This document shows positions 22,030 to 35,632 of a stretch of DNA of 43,819 nt, one piece after another. Origin of the DNA: Octopus bimaculoides (Eukaryota); the NCBI RefSeq assembly GCF_001194135.2, contig NC_068998.1, positions 25,451,507-25,495,325 on the forward strand, in the 5' to 3' direction. The notes beneath the pieces are model-generated. The model was not told where the DNA came from. It saw only the letters and a program-made list of their open reading frames with translations, and did not search any database. The first letter of the stretch is position 1. Each line of letters opens with the position of its first letter. The translations under genes and the position numbers were made by a program.

Positions 22030-22756
22030 AAGTTTGACTCGTGATTTTTCATTGTGGGAGACAGAAAGTAGATAGACTGGACCAAATCAAGTGGGTGATG
22101 AACCAGTTCACAGCCATAGTTATGCACAGTAGCCATTGAAACCGCAAACATCTGTGCTGGAGCATTGTCCTCATGAAACAGAACCCCTTACCTCAGATTG
22201 CCCTGACCGACTGGCGCTGATACCGTTTTATAACTAAATCTGCAAGTTGGCATAGTACTCTCTATTGATAGTATGGTACTTTAAAATAAATTCGATAAAA
22301 ACAATGCTTTTTGCATCCGAAAAAACTGAGGCAATCACCTTCACAGCAGACTAAACCACATTGACCTACATTAAAGCGGGCGAGGAGAAGTGTTTTCATT
22401 GTTCGAGTTGTCATTTTTGTCTCTGGTTCAAAGTGATGAACCCAACTCTCATCCTAGGTTAGAAAACGTTCAGGGAATCCAACTGGATCTGCCTCAAATG
22501 TCACATTTTCCCCTAATGTGATCAGCCTGGTCTGCCTTTGATCAGGTGTTCAAGAAGTGGCACCCAACGAGCAGAAACCTTCGTCATGCGGAGTTCATTG
22601 TGCAGAATATTCTCAACTCTCTCACGGAACATCCTAAGAGCATTGACTGTTTCATTTATAGTCAATCACCTGACATCGATAACCATGTGGTGAACATGAT
22701 CAATGTTTTCGTCAGTGTTGGCAGTTACGGGACTTCCAGACCTTGAGTCACTTCAA
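22030..22756 (-). mobile_element. Decayed mariner transposase fragment (irritans-like), 5' part missing
   Basis: Minus translation with frameshifts: RSGSPVTANTDENIDHV...ENILHNELRMTKVSARWVP...FLT*DESWVHHFEPE...GVLFHEDNAPA...HHP--DLVQSIYFL. Confidence 0.82.
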
Positions 22757-23715
22757 CAATGCTCCACATATAATAGTCCAATGGATTGGGATCTGGAGAA
22801 TTGGGAGGCTAAATGTTATGGGCTGTGTGATCATGAAAATTTTCAGACATCCATTCCTGTATTACTAGAGCCATGTGTGTTAGTGCAGAGTCTTACTGAA
22901 ACAGATATGGCCTTCCGTTGCATGCACTGTCTGTCTAGGGTTTAACAATTATTTTCAGGACGTCAATGTAGGCGGCATAGTTAGCTCTAAGTCCTTGTGG
23001 AAAGAATTCAGGAGGCATCAAATGTACTTCATTGCTGACAAACCCCTAAAACCATGACAGTTGCAGGAAATGTTGTAGGCATAACACTTGGAACTACGGA
23101 AGAGTCTGCACATAACCATCTGTCATTTCTTCTGTTAACTTTTTGAGCTTGGTCGATGATTTTGTCGTTTGAGAAAAACCAAATCAAATCTTCTGCTGGA
23201 TTTTTTAGTTTGTTTAAGAGCCTTTAAGATCTGATGTAGTGATTTTCTTTTGCGTTTTCTGACAAATCGACCTTTCCTCATCATATAAGACCTATATCTG
23301 ATGTCTTCGTGGACAACATTTCTGACACATGGAGATCTTTTTGCAGTTGACCTCATGGACCCTCTGGGATTGTAATCAATGGTCTGTTGAACTTACTGGA
23401 TAAATTCAGTTGTTCTGATGATTTCAAGGTGTTTACAATGCTTTGTACGCTTTGATACTTGTGATACGTTTCCATCTTCAGTCTCTAGCTCCTTACAACC
23501 TTTGTAGAAGAAAGATCTGACAACTTTTTAAAATTTCTTTCTTTCTAAATCACTATGGTCAGTGTTTATAACCACAATAACCGCATACCTCTTCATTTCT
23601 TGAGTTAGCTGAGGGTCTGCCATTATTATTTTCTGAAGCAACGATTATAGAGAGTTAGCAAAAAATGCAGCAATGACCCCAAAAATGTATGTCCTCAAAT
23701 ACCTTACGCACCCTG
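22752..23715 (-). mobile_element. DD37D (maT-family) Tc1/mariner transposon, 3' truncated, pseudogenised
   Basis: TA then CAGGGTGCGTAAGG 5' TIR at 23717-23702, and ATG at 23623. Motifs VMVLG and YLFQ*DSA...*PPNSPDPNPLDYYMW are present. The Asp codons at 22890-22892 and 22776-22778 are 38 codons apart (D37D). Confidence 0.88.
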
Positions 23716-25179
23716 TAATTTGTTAGCATATGAAACCGTACTTAACTGTACATTTGAATATTTGTTTCTGGTTTCTCTATACCGGTTTAAATATCAGTAG
23801 TGATCATTTAATTTCTTCAGTAGCTGCACATGCAACATTTAGAATATGTGAAGTTTATGAGTTATGATAAGTTAGTATGGCATTGAGACTGGTGCTTTTT
23901 CAACATTTACGAAAGGAATTTTACACTTACTCGAAGTCATTTCTTTCACTTCATAATTCTTGAGGATAGAAAAAAACAGCCACAAATTTGCGTTTCCAGT
24001 TAGAGCTCTCATATGGCGCTGCAGACTTCAGGCTGCAAATAAATTTAAAATTTATCCCGTTTCTGTTTAACGCAGTGTTACTTGTGGCTTTCAGAAAAAA
24101 TTATCAACGAATTGTTTTGTTACTCCTTATTTTTTCTCGTACTTGCTTACATCGTGGTATTATGGCCATGTTGGAGCATCACTTTGAAAATTTCTATGTT
24201 AAAGAGTTTTCAAAATACTTTAAAATGTTATGAAACATGGTGTCTTCATTAGACTCTTTCCTCCTATCGCCATATCTCATGTATTTGTATTCTCTTTAAT
24301 TCTTGTAATGACTTCTCATTATTTTGCTATATAAACATATTTGTAAATCCTTTTTCATTTTCGCCTATATCATTATGTAATATTTGTACTTGATTATAAA
24401 TATTTTGTCAACTGATAATCATACAGTATCGTTGTGTGATGTTTTATTTAACGGGTTTACTGTTCTAGCTTTGCAAATAAATAAATCAATATCATTGATG
24501 ATACCTTCACACTTTTTAAACTTTCATCTTTTTTTACTATTATTACATCTTTTACTACCTAATTTCTTTCAACTTAGAGATATTTGTTGACAAGACCGAA
24601 ATAGCGTTAATTTATTTTGAAGTAATTATTCATAGATTGCTGTTTCAGTGTAAGCTACTTCTTTTTAATCAGTAAAATACTTGCTTACTGATAACTTGGC
24701 AAATTAATAGTTGAACATATCTCCCCCATCAAGAAGAGAAAATTACCAATGGCAGTTTTCTCCATACATCTATGCCTAACTTTTCAATTGAATTGTGAGC
24801 CCTTCATTGCTAAAAAACAAAACAGATGTTATTAAATTAACGGGCCAGACAGTTAATAATGAAACGATATATTGGAAAGGAAATGAAAAGAATGGATAGC
24901 GAAGACCTGTGGAGTCCAGCAAAATGGTGAGAAAATATTCAGTAAATTTTGACAAAACGCAGAAAGTCAGCTGCAGTAAGGCTCCAGAATATCGATTAAA
25001 GTTTTAAGTCGACAACATTTTGCATAATACAATTTATTTATGCAAATGAGGAATTATTTATGTTAGTGCATGTCTTCCTTTTGGGTTTTCTTTAATTTAC
25101 GATATTATGGCAGGGGGCCAACAATCCTTCTCAGATGCCACTACAGAAAATTTGCCGGGAGGGCTTGCAATCTATCTAT

Positions 25180-25218
25180 CATTCTAACTATCTATCTATC
25201 TATCGATCGATCGATCTG

Positions 25219-25285
<67 letters not shown>

Positions 25286-25405
25286 CTCCCTCTCTCTCTC
25301 TCTGTATATANNNNNNNNNNNNNNNNNNNNNNNNNNNNNNNNNNNNNNNNNNNNNNNNNNNNNNNNNNNNNNNNNNNNNNNNNNNNNNNTATATATACAT
25401 ATATA

Positions 25406-25453
<48 letters not shown>

Positions 25454-25454
25454 G

Positions 25455-25488
<34 letters not shown>

Positions 25489-25490
25489 CG
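25180..25490. repeat. (TATC)n, (CT)n, (TA)n, (TG)n microsatellites around gap 25311-25389
   Basis: Visible tandem repeats. Confidence 0.93.
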
Positions 25491-27529
25491 TATTTGAGAG
25501 AGAGATAGAGATGAGGGGAGTGAATGTATGTGTATGTGCGAGTGCATGCTTGTGCGTGCAGCACAAATGTATCAGGTTCTAGCAAATTGTCTAATATCTA
25601 ATTTATGATGGTAGTTAATAGAAGGAAATAAGTGTTTATTTATGTGCTGGTTTGATGTGCTATGTATTTCAATGTATTTTAACTAAGAAGTTGCAATGTT
25701 TATGGAATTTGTAATGGTGTATATGTAACTAGTTTACGTTTGAAAAGTGGTCAAGACGTACTATTCTCTATAGCAGTGTCTGCAAAACAGTAACCTTCCG
25801 CTAATCCTGAAGTATCCTTTTACTATACTATCGCATTTGACAATGTTTACTTAGAGAGACTTTTTCCAAAAAGAAAAAAAAAATGAAATAGTTGCATCTA
25901 TAAAATGTCTCTTATGTGTTTATTCTATCAGGGCGCACCTCGGGTTAAATATGAAAGAAAGATTTCAATAATGAGTGAATAAATGACTTACATATTTAAG
26001 TAGTTGTCATACATTCTTTCTACAATACATGTATTAGCTGAAACAATTTTAATATGACCATTTCGGAGCGCAGTAATAAAGTTAAAGAACATACTCAAAA
26101 TTAATTGATTTGATTTGTTTATTCTACTGAAGTAATTGTGTCATTGTAATAATTGAATTTAAATTACGTCATGTTGATTTAATAACAAAAAGAGAAACAT
26201 GTTTATAATGTTAGAAAAATAGATTGAAGATAGCTACAATATTATATGTATAATATGGTAAATTACTATTTTGTTGTTTTATTATACTGATTTTCTGCTT
26301 TCCTAACCTTTAACACTTCGTATAACTGGATGTTATAAACCTGAATTAATTAAACTTTCAATCTCTTAACTATTTCGCAGTATTTCATTCATAAGCTACA
26401 ATAATAAAATGTTATATTTCCTGTACAACTTCCTTTCTAGTCATACAAGCAGGTGAAGTTGTAAATTGCTCTTGTTATATTTTAGTCTAATTTATTTATA
26501 TGCTACACAACGGTCAATGGAATGTATTAATAAAATACACGCAATTTAAATTCTCACAAAGTATATTAAATATATTATGAATGATCTCCAGACATAACGC
26601 CATTGCTCGTTGCTTAGAAACTTCTCTAAGTGAACAATCTCTTTAAGTAAAACTGTGCTTACCATTGTTACAGACATATTTATGCAAGTACAACAGTGGT
26701 CTCGGTATCTTCTGAATACAAGGTACGACTCAAGTAAATAATGCTACAGATATGCCATACACAGTTGTTAGTCGTATCGGGTTTAGTAGCTTTACACTTT
26801 GTTGCGATTTACTGCTATTCTGAAAATACCAGGGTCATTTCGCAGTCTTCATAACAGCTCCATATACTTATCCTCGTAGGTGCTTTGATAGTTATTTAGT
26901 CTTTGAACAAAATCCGAGCGAAAATAGAGTATAGAATGTTCTAGCTTAATGATTATTGCCAGTTTATATGTGTCTGTCTGTTTCTGTATCTGTATATGTA
27001 CGTCAACTATGTGTTATAGTCAAGTATTCGGAAACCCACGCACTAGATAGCGACCAACTGGAAGCTATGACGCGTGACTTTTGCTTAAGTTAGAGCGCTG
27101 TGACATCGCCCTTGGAACCCTATTGACACTAAGCAAACATTTTAACCACGTCAGCATGCCTGACCTTGTATTTGTTCTATCTGCATGTGAAATGCAACAT
27201 ATATGTTAGACATATTAATTTAATACAAACAGACATGTAGTTTCGTTACAGAAAGGTGGTTTCATTGCAGAATTTATCTTTTCTGATAGCCACTGGAATA
27301 TCATTGGATTGTTTTCAACGGAAATTTTTCTGAGCCCAGACAGGTGGATAATTGTTGGAATACAATCGAGACACAAGTAAGAAGCTAAATTAAGTAAAGG
27401 CAGCTATAAAAGACGTTAAACGGTTGTAAACAATATAAAGGTAATAAAAGATTTGAAGGAAGAGAAGATTCACTGGTCAGTTCAGACTATATCGTATTTT
27501 ATTTCCAAATAATAATAATACTCTCTTGT

Positions 27530-27718
27530 AATATAGACGCAAATCCTGAAATTTCGGAGAGAGGTATAGTCGATTCCAAGGACTCCTGTACTCAACTTTT
27601 GTCAACGCTGAAAGGATGAATGGCGAAATTGAACTAGGTGAAATTTGAATTTAGAACGTAAAGACGAGTGAAATGCGGCTAAGCATTTTGTGTGCTAATG
27701 ATTTTGCCTGCTCGCTAA
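27530..27718 (-). mobile_element. tRNA-derived SINE (family A), diverged
   Basis: Collinear similarity to 20706-20912 (AATCCTGAAATTT...GAAAGGATGAA...AATTTGAATTTAGAAC...AAGCATTT...GCTAATGATTTTGCC). Confidence 0.8.
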
Positions 27719-27752
27719 CTTATACTTAATAATAATATTAATGATATTAATG

Positions 27753-27917
27753 AGAAGAAGAAGAAGAAGAAGAAGAAGAAGAAGAAGAAGAAGAAGAAGA
27801 AGAAGAAGAAGAAGAAGAAGAAGAAGAAGAAGAAGAAGAAGAAGAAGAAGAAGAAGAAGAAGAAGAAGAAGAAGAAGAAGAAGAAGAAGAAGAAGAAGAA
27901 GAAGAAGAAGAAGAAGA
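27753..27917. repeat. Perfect (AGA)n/(TCT)n trinucleotide tract, about 55 units
   Basis: 165-nt uninterrupted repeat; source of the poly-Arg and poly-Phe ORFs. Confidence 0.98.
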
Positions 27918-28599
27918 CCACAATGATTGATGATCAGTACTTCGACTCTGATGATTATTATAACGGAGACGATATTACATTAATGGGAACAATATGATAC
28001 CTAATGTTCGAATACAGAAATTATTGCAGATTGAAGCCAAATTAATATTAATAAGGAGTAAATAAAATGAATAAAAAACAAAAGAATTGACAAGATTTAC
28101 CATACATATCATTTACTTTTTTCACTAAAATAAAAATTAAATAAGTACAAAACGAAAACTAGATCAAGAAAGAGTGAAAAACGAAGAAAATAATTATCGA
28201 TTCGATTAACGGCAGATGTTTTGTAGATGGATAACTCTAAGTTTGAGAGATAGCTTTCACCAAAGAATAGACAGGCGAACGTGACAATAGCATTGTCTTC
28301 TCATGTTTCCAAGCAGGATAATGCGCACACTTACATAAACGGTAGGCAAGCCTTATAAAAATATTGATCGTAAAGTCTGATCAAGTACATAATGCCTTAG
28401 GCTGACAGTTAAAAGTATGCAATAAAGAAATGTAAACAATAAAATAGGTAAACTTTTCACAGGAAACAACACTTTAATTTTTCTGCCACATTTCCGTCTC
28501 AAACGTCAGTGTTTTTGATAATGTATTCCACATTCACCTACCACTCTATAATTTCACTTATATACAGAAAATATGTGCCGGAATTTTATACAGAAAGAT

Positions 28600-28785
28600 G
28601 TAGCTGCCTTTACGCAAACTCACACATAACAAACACACGCACAAAGACTCACACTGGTACACACACATAAACACACAAACACACATATATGCATATACTT
28701 ACACACACATATGTATATCTGCCTGCATGCATACAAATACTTACATACATACATACGTACATATATGCATGCATGTATAGATGCA

Positions 28786-28870
<85 letters not shown>

Positions 28871-29273
28871 NNNNNNNNNNNNNNNNNNNNNNNNNNNNNN
28901 NNNNNNNNNNNNNNNNNNNNNNNNNNNNNNNNNNNNNNNNNNNNNNNNNNNNNNNNNNNNNNNNNNNNNNNNNNNNNNNNNNNNNNNNNNNNNNNNNNNN
29001 NNNNNNNNNNNNNNNNNNNNNNNNNNNNNNNNNNNNNNNNNNNNNNNNNNNNNNNNNNNNNNNNNNNNNNNNNNNNNNNNNNNNNNNNNNNNNNNNNNNN
29101 NNNNNNNNNNNNNNNNNNNNNNNNNNNNNNNNNNNNNNNNNNNNNNNNNNNNNNNNNNNNNNNNNNNNNNNNNNNNNNNNNNNNNNNNNNNNNNNNNNNN
29201 NNNNNNNNNNNNNNNNNNNNNNNNNNNNNNNNNNNNNNNNNNNNNNNNATATATATATATATATATATATATA
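28600..29273. repeat. Compound microsatellite around gap 28871-29248
   Basis: Visible (CA)n, (TACA)n, (TA)n and (TG)n. Confidence 0.9.
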
Positions 29274-29422
29274 GTATTAATAATAATCTATGGATCATTG
29301 TCTCTGTTCCTCAGATGATTACGCTACAGTATGTAGCATGGAACTTGGGTGGATCATATTCATGCGTACGATTTCTTCAGACGCTCGTGTGGTTTGCTAC
29401 GGTGTAGGCGTAGCTATGCGAA

Positions 29423-29680
29423 GGCGAATGGCTTAGTGGTTAGGGTGTTGCACTCATGACTGCGAGATCATGGGTTCGATTTTCAGACCGGGCGTTGCAC
29501 TGTGTTCTTGAGCAAATCACTTCCTTTCGATCATTTCGACATCTGACATGTGGCACTGTTGCACCTGCACAGGTAATGTCGATCTGATTGAGTGAGTGAA
29601 CTTATGTCTACACAAACGTTTGATCACAATAAACAAATCATCTGTGTGCCTCTTCGTCCTCTCGTAACGGGAGGGTCCAT
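29423..29680 (+). mobile_element. tRNA-headed SINE (family C)
   Basis: A-box TGGCTTAGTGG (29429-29439) and B-box GGTTCGATTTT (29473-29483), followed by a non-tRNA body and a (TAAA)n/(TA)n tail. Confidence 0.78.
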
Positions 29681-29707
29681 CATATATATACATAAATAAA
29701 TAAATAA

Positions 29708-29749
<42 letters not shown>

Positions 29750-32700
29750 AGATTTCACGAAAAAATTACAGACGAAGACCGTAACAATTCATAACGTACG
29801 CATCAATGAAATCGGATTATTAACTAAAAACACAGGAAATAGTTTGATTAACTGAAAAAGTAATTCTGAAGTTCATCATTTAAAGGGATAAAATGAATTG
29901 TAGAGCAAACCCCAATGTATGGTAAATGGACAATTCTTAATAGATATATGAATTTACAGGATGAAAATATATGGTTTAGACGCCGAACAACTTCTACTGT
30001 TGCGCTCATTGCACGTAACATCTTAATGACTACATTGGTTATTTTGAGATCGTAATTGAACTAGCAAGAGGATCAAACGGACAGACCACTCTGTAGAAGG
30101 CATGACTATAGACCCTCATATCATAAATAAGCATTTACTTTCAAAATGTTTTTTTCCAAAGCTGAATGCCTGATGTACCCGGAGAAACCTTATAAGAAAT
30201 AAAGTTTAGCGTTACACAAATAATTTTGAGTCATGTAAATAAGTGCATTGATCTGTTATATTGAAAAGAAAAGAACAAAACATACGACTTCAGATAGGAG
30301 TTATTATACGTAGAATGATGAATATTCAATAAAACCGTCAATAGGAGGCGTGATGGCAATGCTTAGATGGACCGTGTATTAAGAAAATATTTCAGAGGAA
30401 AGCCTCCTTGTTTCTGCTGATGATGTGTGATGCTTCAGAGAACAAAAGCAAATTTCCATAAACATGGCAACTTCAATCAAATAGTGATCATAGCATATGT
30501 TTATCATAAAATACAGTAATAGAAACACGTTGCTGGAACGTTAATGACATGAGGTAGTAGAGTGCACTAAACTGGCAGTGAGGAAAAACAGTCCACATCT
30601 TAAACGAACTCATGAAATTACAAGAATTCAAAGACGACGAATCGATCGGTTCTAAAATGGATTCCGCTCACGTCCTACTGAATTCTTTATGGGTATAATT
30701 AATCTTTGGTGACCCCCTTTCCATTTCGACTTTTGCGTTATATATTTCTAAACCAATGTAAGCGTTCCTTCCTAGTTCTTATAAATAAAATTATCTTTAG
30801 ACAAACTACTCACTACTCAGCATCATCAGCAAAGTAGGAGAATGAGTAATCTAAAAACACTGAAATAATTCGCTCCAGAGTCTACTCGTATGTAATAGAC
30901 AATTCAGATCTAACTGTAAAAGACCAGACATGATTATACTATCACGAACTGGGAGAGCTACGCTGATATAGACTGAAATGTATATCTTGTAGGCTCCAAC
31001 ATCAAAGAAACATTCGATCGCAAGCACACGGGAACAACTATAATGACTCCAAATCACCCTCCCAGCACAGTGCTCTTATCCATATCAAATTGATTTACCA
31101 GTCAAACAAGATTCAATAGTTTGGCACTTGTAGTTTCTCATCATACATATAAAGATCAACACATTTGAAAATAGGCTGTCTCACCTTCCCTCTCACTTTG
31201 TCTCATCCGTCTCCCTCCTTCTTTATCACTCTCATCTGTCCCTCGCGCTCTCTCTCTTCCTCTCTCATTCTCTCTATCTGTACTCCTCCCTCTGGCTTAT
31301 TCTCCCTTTCTCTCCTCTCCCCCTGTCTCGACGACAATGTCTTGACGGCATTTGCACCAAAGTATCTGCAAAAGAAATGAAAACAGCAACAGCTGGCATA
31401 GACTGAGGTGTGACCATATAAAAGTGAATGCAGACGAATAGAAAGCAAGATATGAACCATCAAAATGTCGGCTGGTGATTCTCTCAAGGAAAGAAATCCA
31501 TCAAACATTGGACTGAAAGTTGAGGGTGTAACATACTAAAGAAGAAAAGCAGGAAGTTGTTCAGAGTGTAGCCATAGATATCAAACTGTTATGGTTGCAG
31601 TATATATCTGTTGTGTGTAACAAAACTTGATGCAGTTCGCAGTGCAACGAGAAATGATTCGGCAAAACGTGTTAATATTTCCAAAACCCAAACCGAGTAT
31701 TCATTCCAATGCTCGACGCATTTCTCAAAATTTATTCAATGAACATTTTGCAAAAAACGTCATTTAATTATTGTAGTTGATGGAATTGATTCTATGAAAA
31801 TATTCAGCTCAGTCAATAGCTTGCACCATATTTTTACAAAGATGCACCTGAAGAAATGTCAATCAGAACTCATAGTAATGGTACCATTGCCCTATCAAAT
31901 AAGCTGTTTTACATACCTGCGCACAATCTCTCAAAATTTGGTGCTAACATATAAGTTCTGAAGAAGAATTTCTGTGCTTCACAATGAGAATTTGTGACAA
32001 ATCTTAAATATCATCACAAAAGTCACCTGAATTAAGCGGATGCGGATTTTTATGCAATACTGGAATGAGGGGCCCATTGGAAACATGTAACCAAGGAGTT
32101 TATTATTTCTAAATTTAATTACGGCAATGTTCTTAACGACAAACCGGCAGCTTATGCTGAATACACTAAGGTTTACACACATACGCTCTAAGTTTTTAAT
32201 TTTTCTTTACCTTTTACTATCAGCCATTGTGCTGTTCAATTCATACAAGTTGTGTACATGATCTTAAACGTACGATAGATATTCTTAAGTATAGAATTGG
32301 TTTTACACATATATGACGACTTGCCTTACATTTTTGCCAGTTAATAGAAGCAAATTTAGTGAAATATTGGTTACGACACCTTAAAGTATCGAAGTATGTT
32401 TAAAACCATATATGCCTATATGTCTTTGCATGTGAATATGCTCTTTGCCATCTCTCTTCATAGTTTGTTAAAATATCTAACTTCATCTGAAATTGCCTGC
32501 TGTCCCTTATTCAACTACTCTCATCTTACGAATAAAAACACAGCTTAATGTTCAAATAATAAGAGCAATAAGCTATTCTTTTATTTATTCATTTTAATTC
32601 ACTAGAATTCTAAAGATTATTTAATAATTCTACCTTATTTACAATAAGATTACCTTATGTCGTTTGAAACACATTCCTCCGATAACCTACTTATAACGCT

Positions 32701-33061
32701 TCACTTAAATGTATGCTTGTATATAGGTGTTTATGAGTAAGTATGTGATTATATACGTCAGAAACAAATATGTGATCTCTGAAAGTATGATCATTTCTCT
32801 AATCTATATTGACATGCCGGTGTTTGATAAAAAAATGTTTGGCAGCCAATACTTAATAGAACCATTAGTAATCGGTGGGAGTTGCGGGCATAATCTCTTC
32901 TCTTTTCTGGATATACACCTGTGACATATTCTTTTGGCTTGGAAGTGGTTTTGATACAAGTGGAAAAAGTGGACTCGTAGTGCAAAAATAGACCGCATTT
33001 CTGGAGACATAGTCGCAGAACAACGTGTATGTTTATGTTACAATATTGGTTACATCTTTTG

Positions 33062-33230
33062 GCAAAAGGCTAGCAATTCTTAGGAAGGGGGTAAGTCTAT
33101 AACATCAACCCCAGGGTTATAGAGTAATGTATTCTTTCGACTCCGAAAGGATGAAAAGCAAACTCGACGCCAGTTAAATGCCGCTAGGCATCTTACCTGG
33201 CGTGTTAACTATTCCTCCAGCTCACCGCAT
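33062..33230 (-). mobile_element. tRNA-derived SINE (family A), internally deleted
   Basis: TTTCGACTCCGAAAGGATGAAAAGCAAACTCGAC...AAATGCCGCTAGGCAT...CCAGCTCACCGC matches the 20706 copy, with a gap. Confidence 0.78.
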
Positions 33231-34477
33231 TATGTTATACCAATGGCATAATATTGGAAGTATGTGTCGCTGATATTGTTAATCGTTTAAAGGGAAAGAA
33301 CTCGTACTCGCTGTTCCTCCCAATATTCAGTTACTATATAAATTAGGTTAGCACCAAGTTGGTAGCTTAATTTGCATTTACGTATATATTTATGTATGTA
33401 TATATATATATATATATATATACATATTTGCATATATACAAATATATTCATATATATATGCATATTTGTATACATACACATATATATATGGGGGGCGCGT
33501 CTCTTTGGATGCACATGCAATTGCGTATGTGCAATCAACGCAACTATGTGCACAGCTATATATTAGTTGTGGGGCCTTGATCACTGTACACACGCGCCCG
33601 AGCACCTGAGCACAGACAGACACACACACACATTCAGATACATACATCTGGTTTGAAATGCCGATTAATGAGCTAGTCGCAAGACTGGGTGCAGAACATT
33701 TATTGTGTGTATGATATATAGTTTATGTCGTAGTGTGTTGCTTGCTTCATAGAAATATTTCTCCTATACTTTGTATAGTAATCAATTATCCAAATGGAAG
33801 ACGGCAATACAAACAAATTCCTACTTTAATCAGAGTTATCCGTTGATATTATACATTTCTTGTAACGAATGCTATGTATATGTAAAGAATCACCAATGAT
33901 GCACCGGAGGTTGTATAATTGATGCCTATATTCAAAAACATTCAATAATTGCTTAGAATTACATTTATCAATACGATATATGTTCCATTTGTTAGCATTC
34001 ATCTCTATCATTCGTATTCCAAATATACTATAAATTTGGTTAAAATCAAACCACTTTTCGACGTATGAAACATTTTTCTATACGATGTTGAAATGCAAGC
34101 TTGTATAAATTGGCAATAAGTTTGTCATAGAGTAAAGCAAATTCTCATACATTTGAAATGCTACTGATGTTATATCAGCGATCTTCACTGAACTCCGAAA
34201 GAAAAGGACGTTCAATGGTATGCAACATGACTCAGCTTCTTAAATAACACTCTATTAAATAAACATGTCAACCTTATAACACAAAATCTATATTGTGCAT
34301 AACGTATATTACATCGATATTCATGAGTGTTATATTTAAAAATAATGTCAGTTTATACGGTGTCCAAATGGAGAATGTTGTGAGGAATATTATTACTAGT
34401 TACTCTTCATAGCATTCACATTTATTTCAGGTTGCCTAGAATAAGATTTCTTATTAAATGTATGTGTATATAAATAC

Positions 34478-34610
34478 GGGAGTGGCTGTGTGGTAAAAAG
34501 CTTGCTTTCCAGCCACATGGTTCCGAGTTTAGTACCACTGCCTGATACCTGGCGCTGTCCAAGTATTTTGAGTGGATTTAGTAGGCGGAAACTGAAAGAA
34601 ACCCGATGTA
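34478..34610 (+). mobile_element. SINE (family B), internally deleted, with (CA)n tail
   Basis: GTGGCTGTGTGGTAA...CCACATGGTTCCGAGTTTAGT head and GTGGATTTAGTAGGCGGAAACTGAAAGAA 3' end. It is related to 41640-41775. Confidence 0.75.
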
Positions 34611-35062
34611 TACACACACACACACACACACACANNNNNNNNNNNNNNNNNNNNNNNNNNNNNNNNNNNNNNNNNNNNNNNNNNNNNNNNNNNNNNNNNN
34701 NNNNNNNNNNNNNNNNNNNNNNNNNNNNNNNNNNNNNNNNNNNNNNNNNNNNNNNNNNNNNNNNNNNNNNNNNNNNNNNNNNNNNNNNNNNNNNNNNNNN
34801 NNNNNNNNNNNNNNNNNNNNNNNNNNNNNNNNNNNNNNNNNNNNNNNNNNNNNNNNNNNNNNNNNNNNNNNNNNNNNNNNNNNNNNNNNNNNNNNNNNNN
34901 NNNNNNNNNNNNNNNNNNNNNNNNNNNNNNNNNNNNNNNNNNNNNNNNNNNNNNNNNNNNNNNNNNNNNNNNNNNNNNNNNNNNNNNNNNNNNNNNNNNN
35001 NNNNNNNNNNNNNNNNNNNNNNNNNNNNNNNNNNNNNNNNNNNNNNNNNNNNNNNNNNNNNN

Positions 35063-35104
<42 letters not shown>

Positions 35105-35632
35105 TGAATGTTTTGACTTGTAAATGATGAATGTTTTGACTTGTAAACCCCATTTCTTGAAGTAAATGCTTCCTTTTTGTGTAAGAATTCAGAAAATATG
35201 TACATTGAGTAGTAAAAGTCTCTTGTGTTCTGTTATTTTATTCTACAAATTTATTTTCAATTGAATATATTTTTGTATATTTAAAAACTGAAATTTTGGA
35301 AATAAAAGTCTTTTCAAAACCGTGATTTCTGTTTGTGTTTAGGTGTAATTAAAAAAGAATTCAAGAGATCTGGCTGTTATTTCTAGCATGTAGAAAGACC
35401 TATACTTAACTTCATTCACTGGTTGAAAAATCACCTACGTACTCGCATATGAGCGGACGCGTTTAAATATGTATGGAATATTGGTGTGGATGTCCGCTTT
35501 GGTGTCAATGTTTTAAAACTGAAATTTAAAAAATAAAAAAAAAAACTTCTGATTCACAATCTCCGTATTTTTCTATGTGGAATTTTAAAAACTTAACGCA
35601 AAAAGATGAATAACAAAATAAGGTGGTGGAAG

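Noticed and set aside
23463-23481. Minus-strand CTGAAGA-TG-GAAA-CGTA-TC hammerhead-like string
   Set aside because: There is no stem II or stem I, and it lies in the maT transposase reading frame (ETEDGNVS), so it is coincidental.
27715-27926. Poly-Arg and poly-Phe ORFs
   Set aside because: They are translations of the (AGA)n microsatellite.
29423-29495. Possible tRNA gene
   Set aside because: A and B boxes are present but I see no full cloverleaf or acceptor stem. The sequence runs into a SINE body and repeat tail.
31180-31325. Pyrimidine-rich tract giving ORFs 31165..31380 and 31203..31508
   Set aside because: Degenerate (CT)n low-complexity sequence with no coding evidence.
35103-35148. 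23-bp tandem duplication GATGAATGTTTTGACTTGTAAA(T/C)
   Set aside because: A simple two-copy slippage or contig-end artefact beside a gap and a (TG)n tract.
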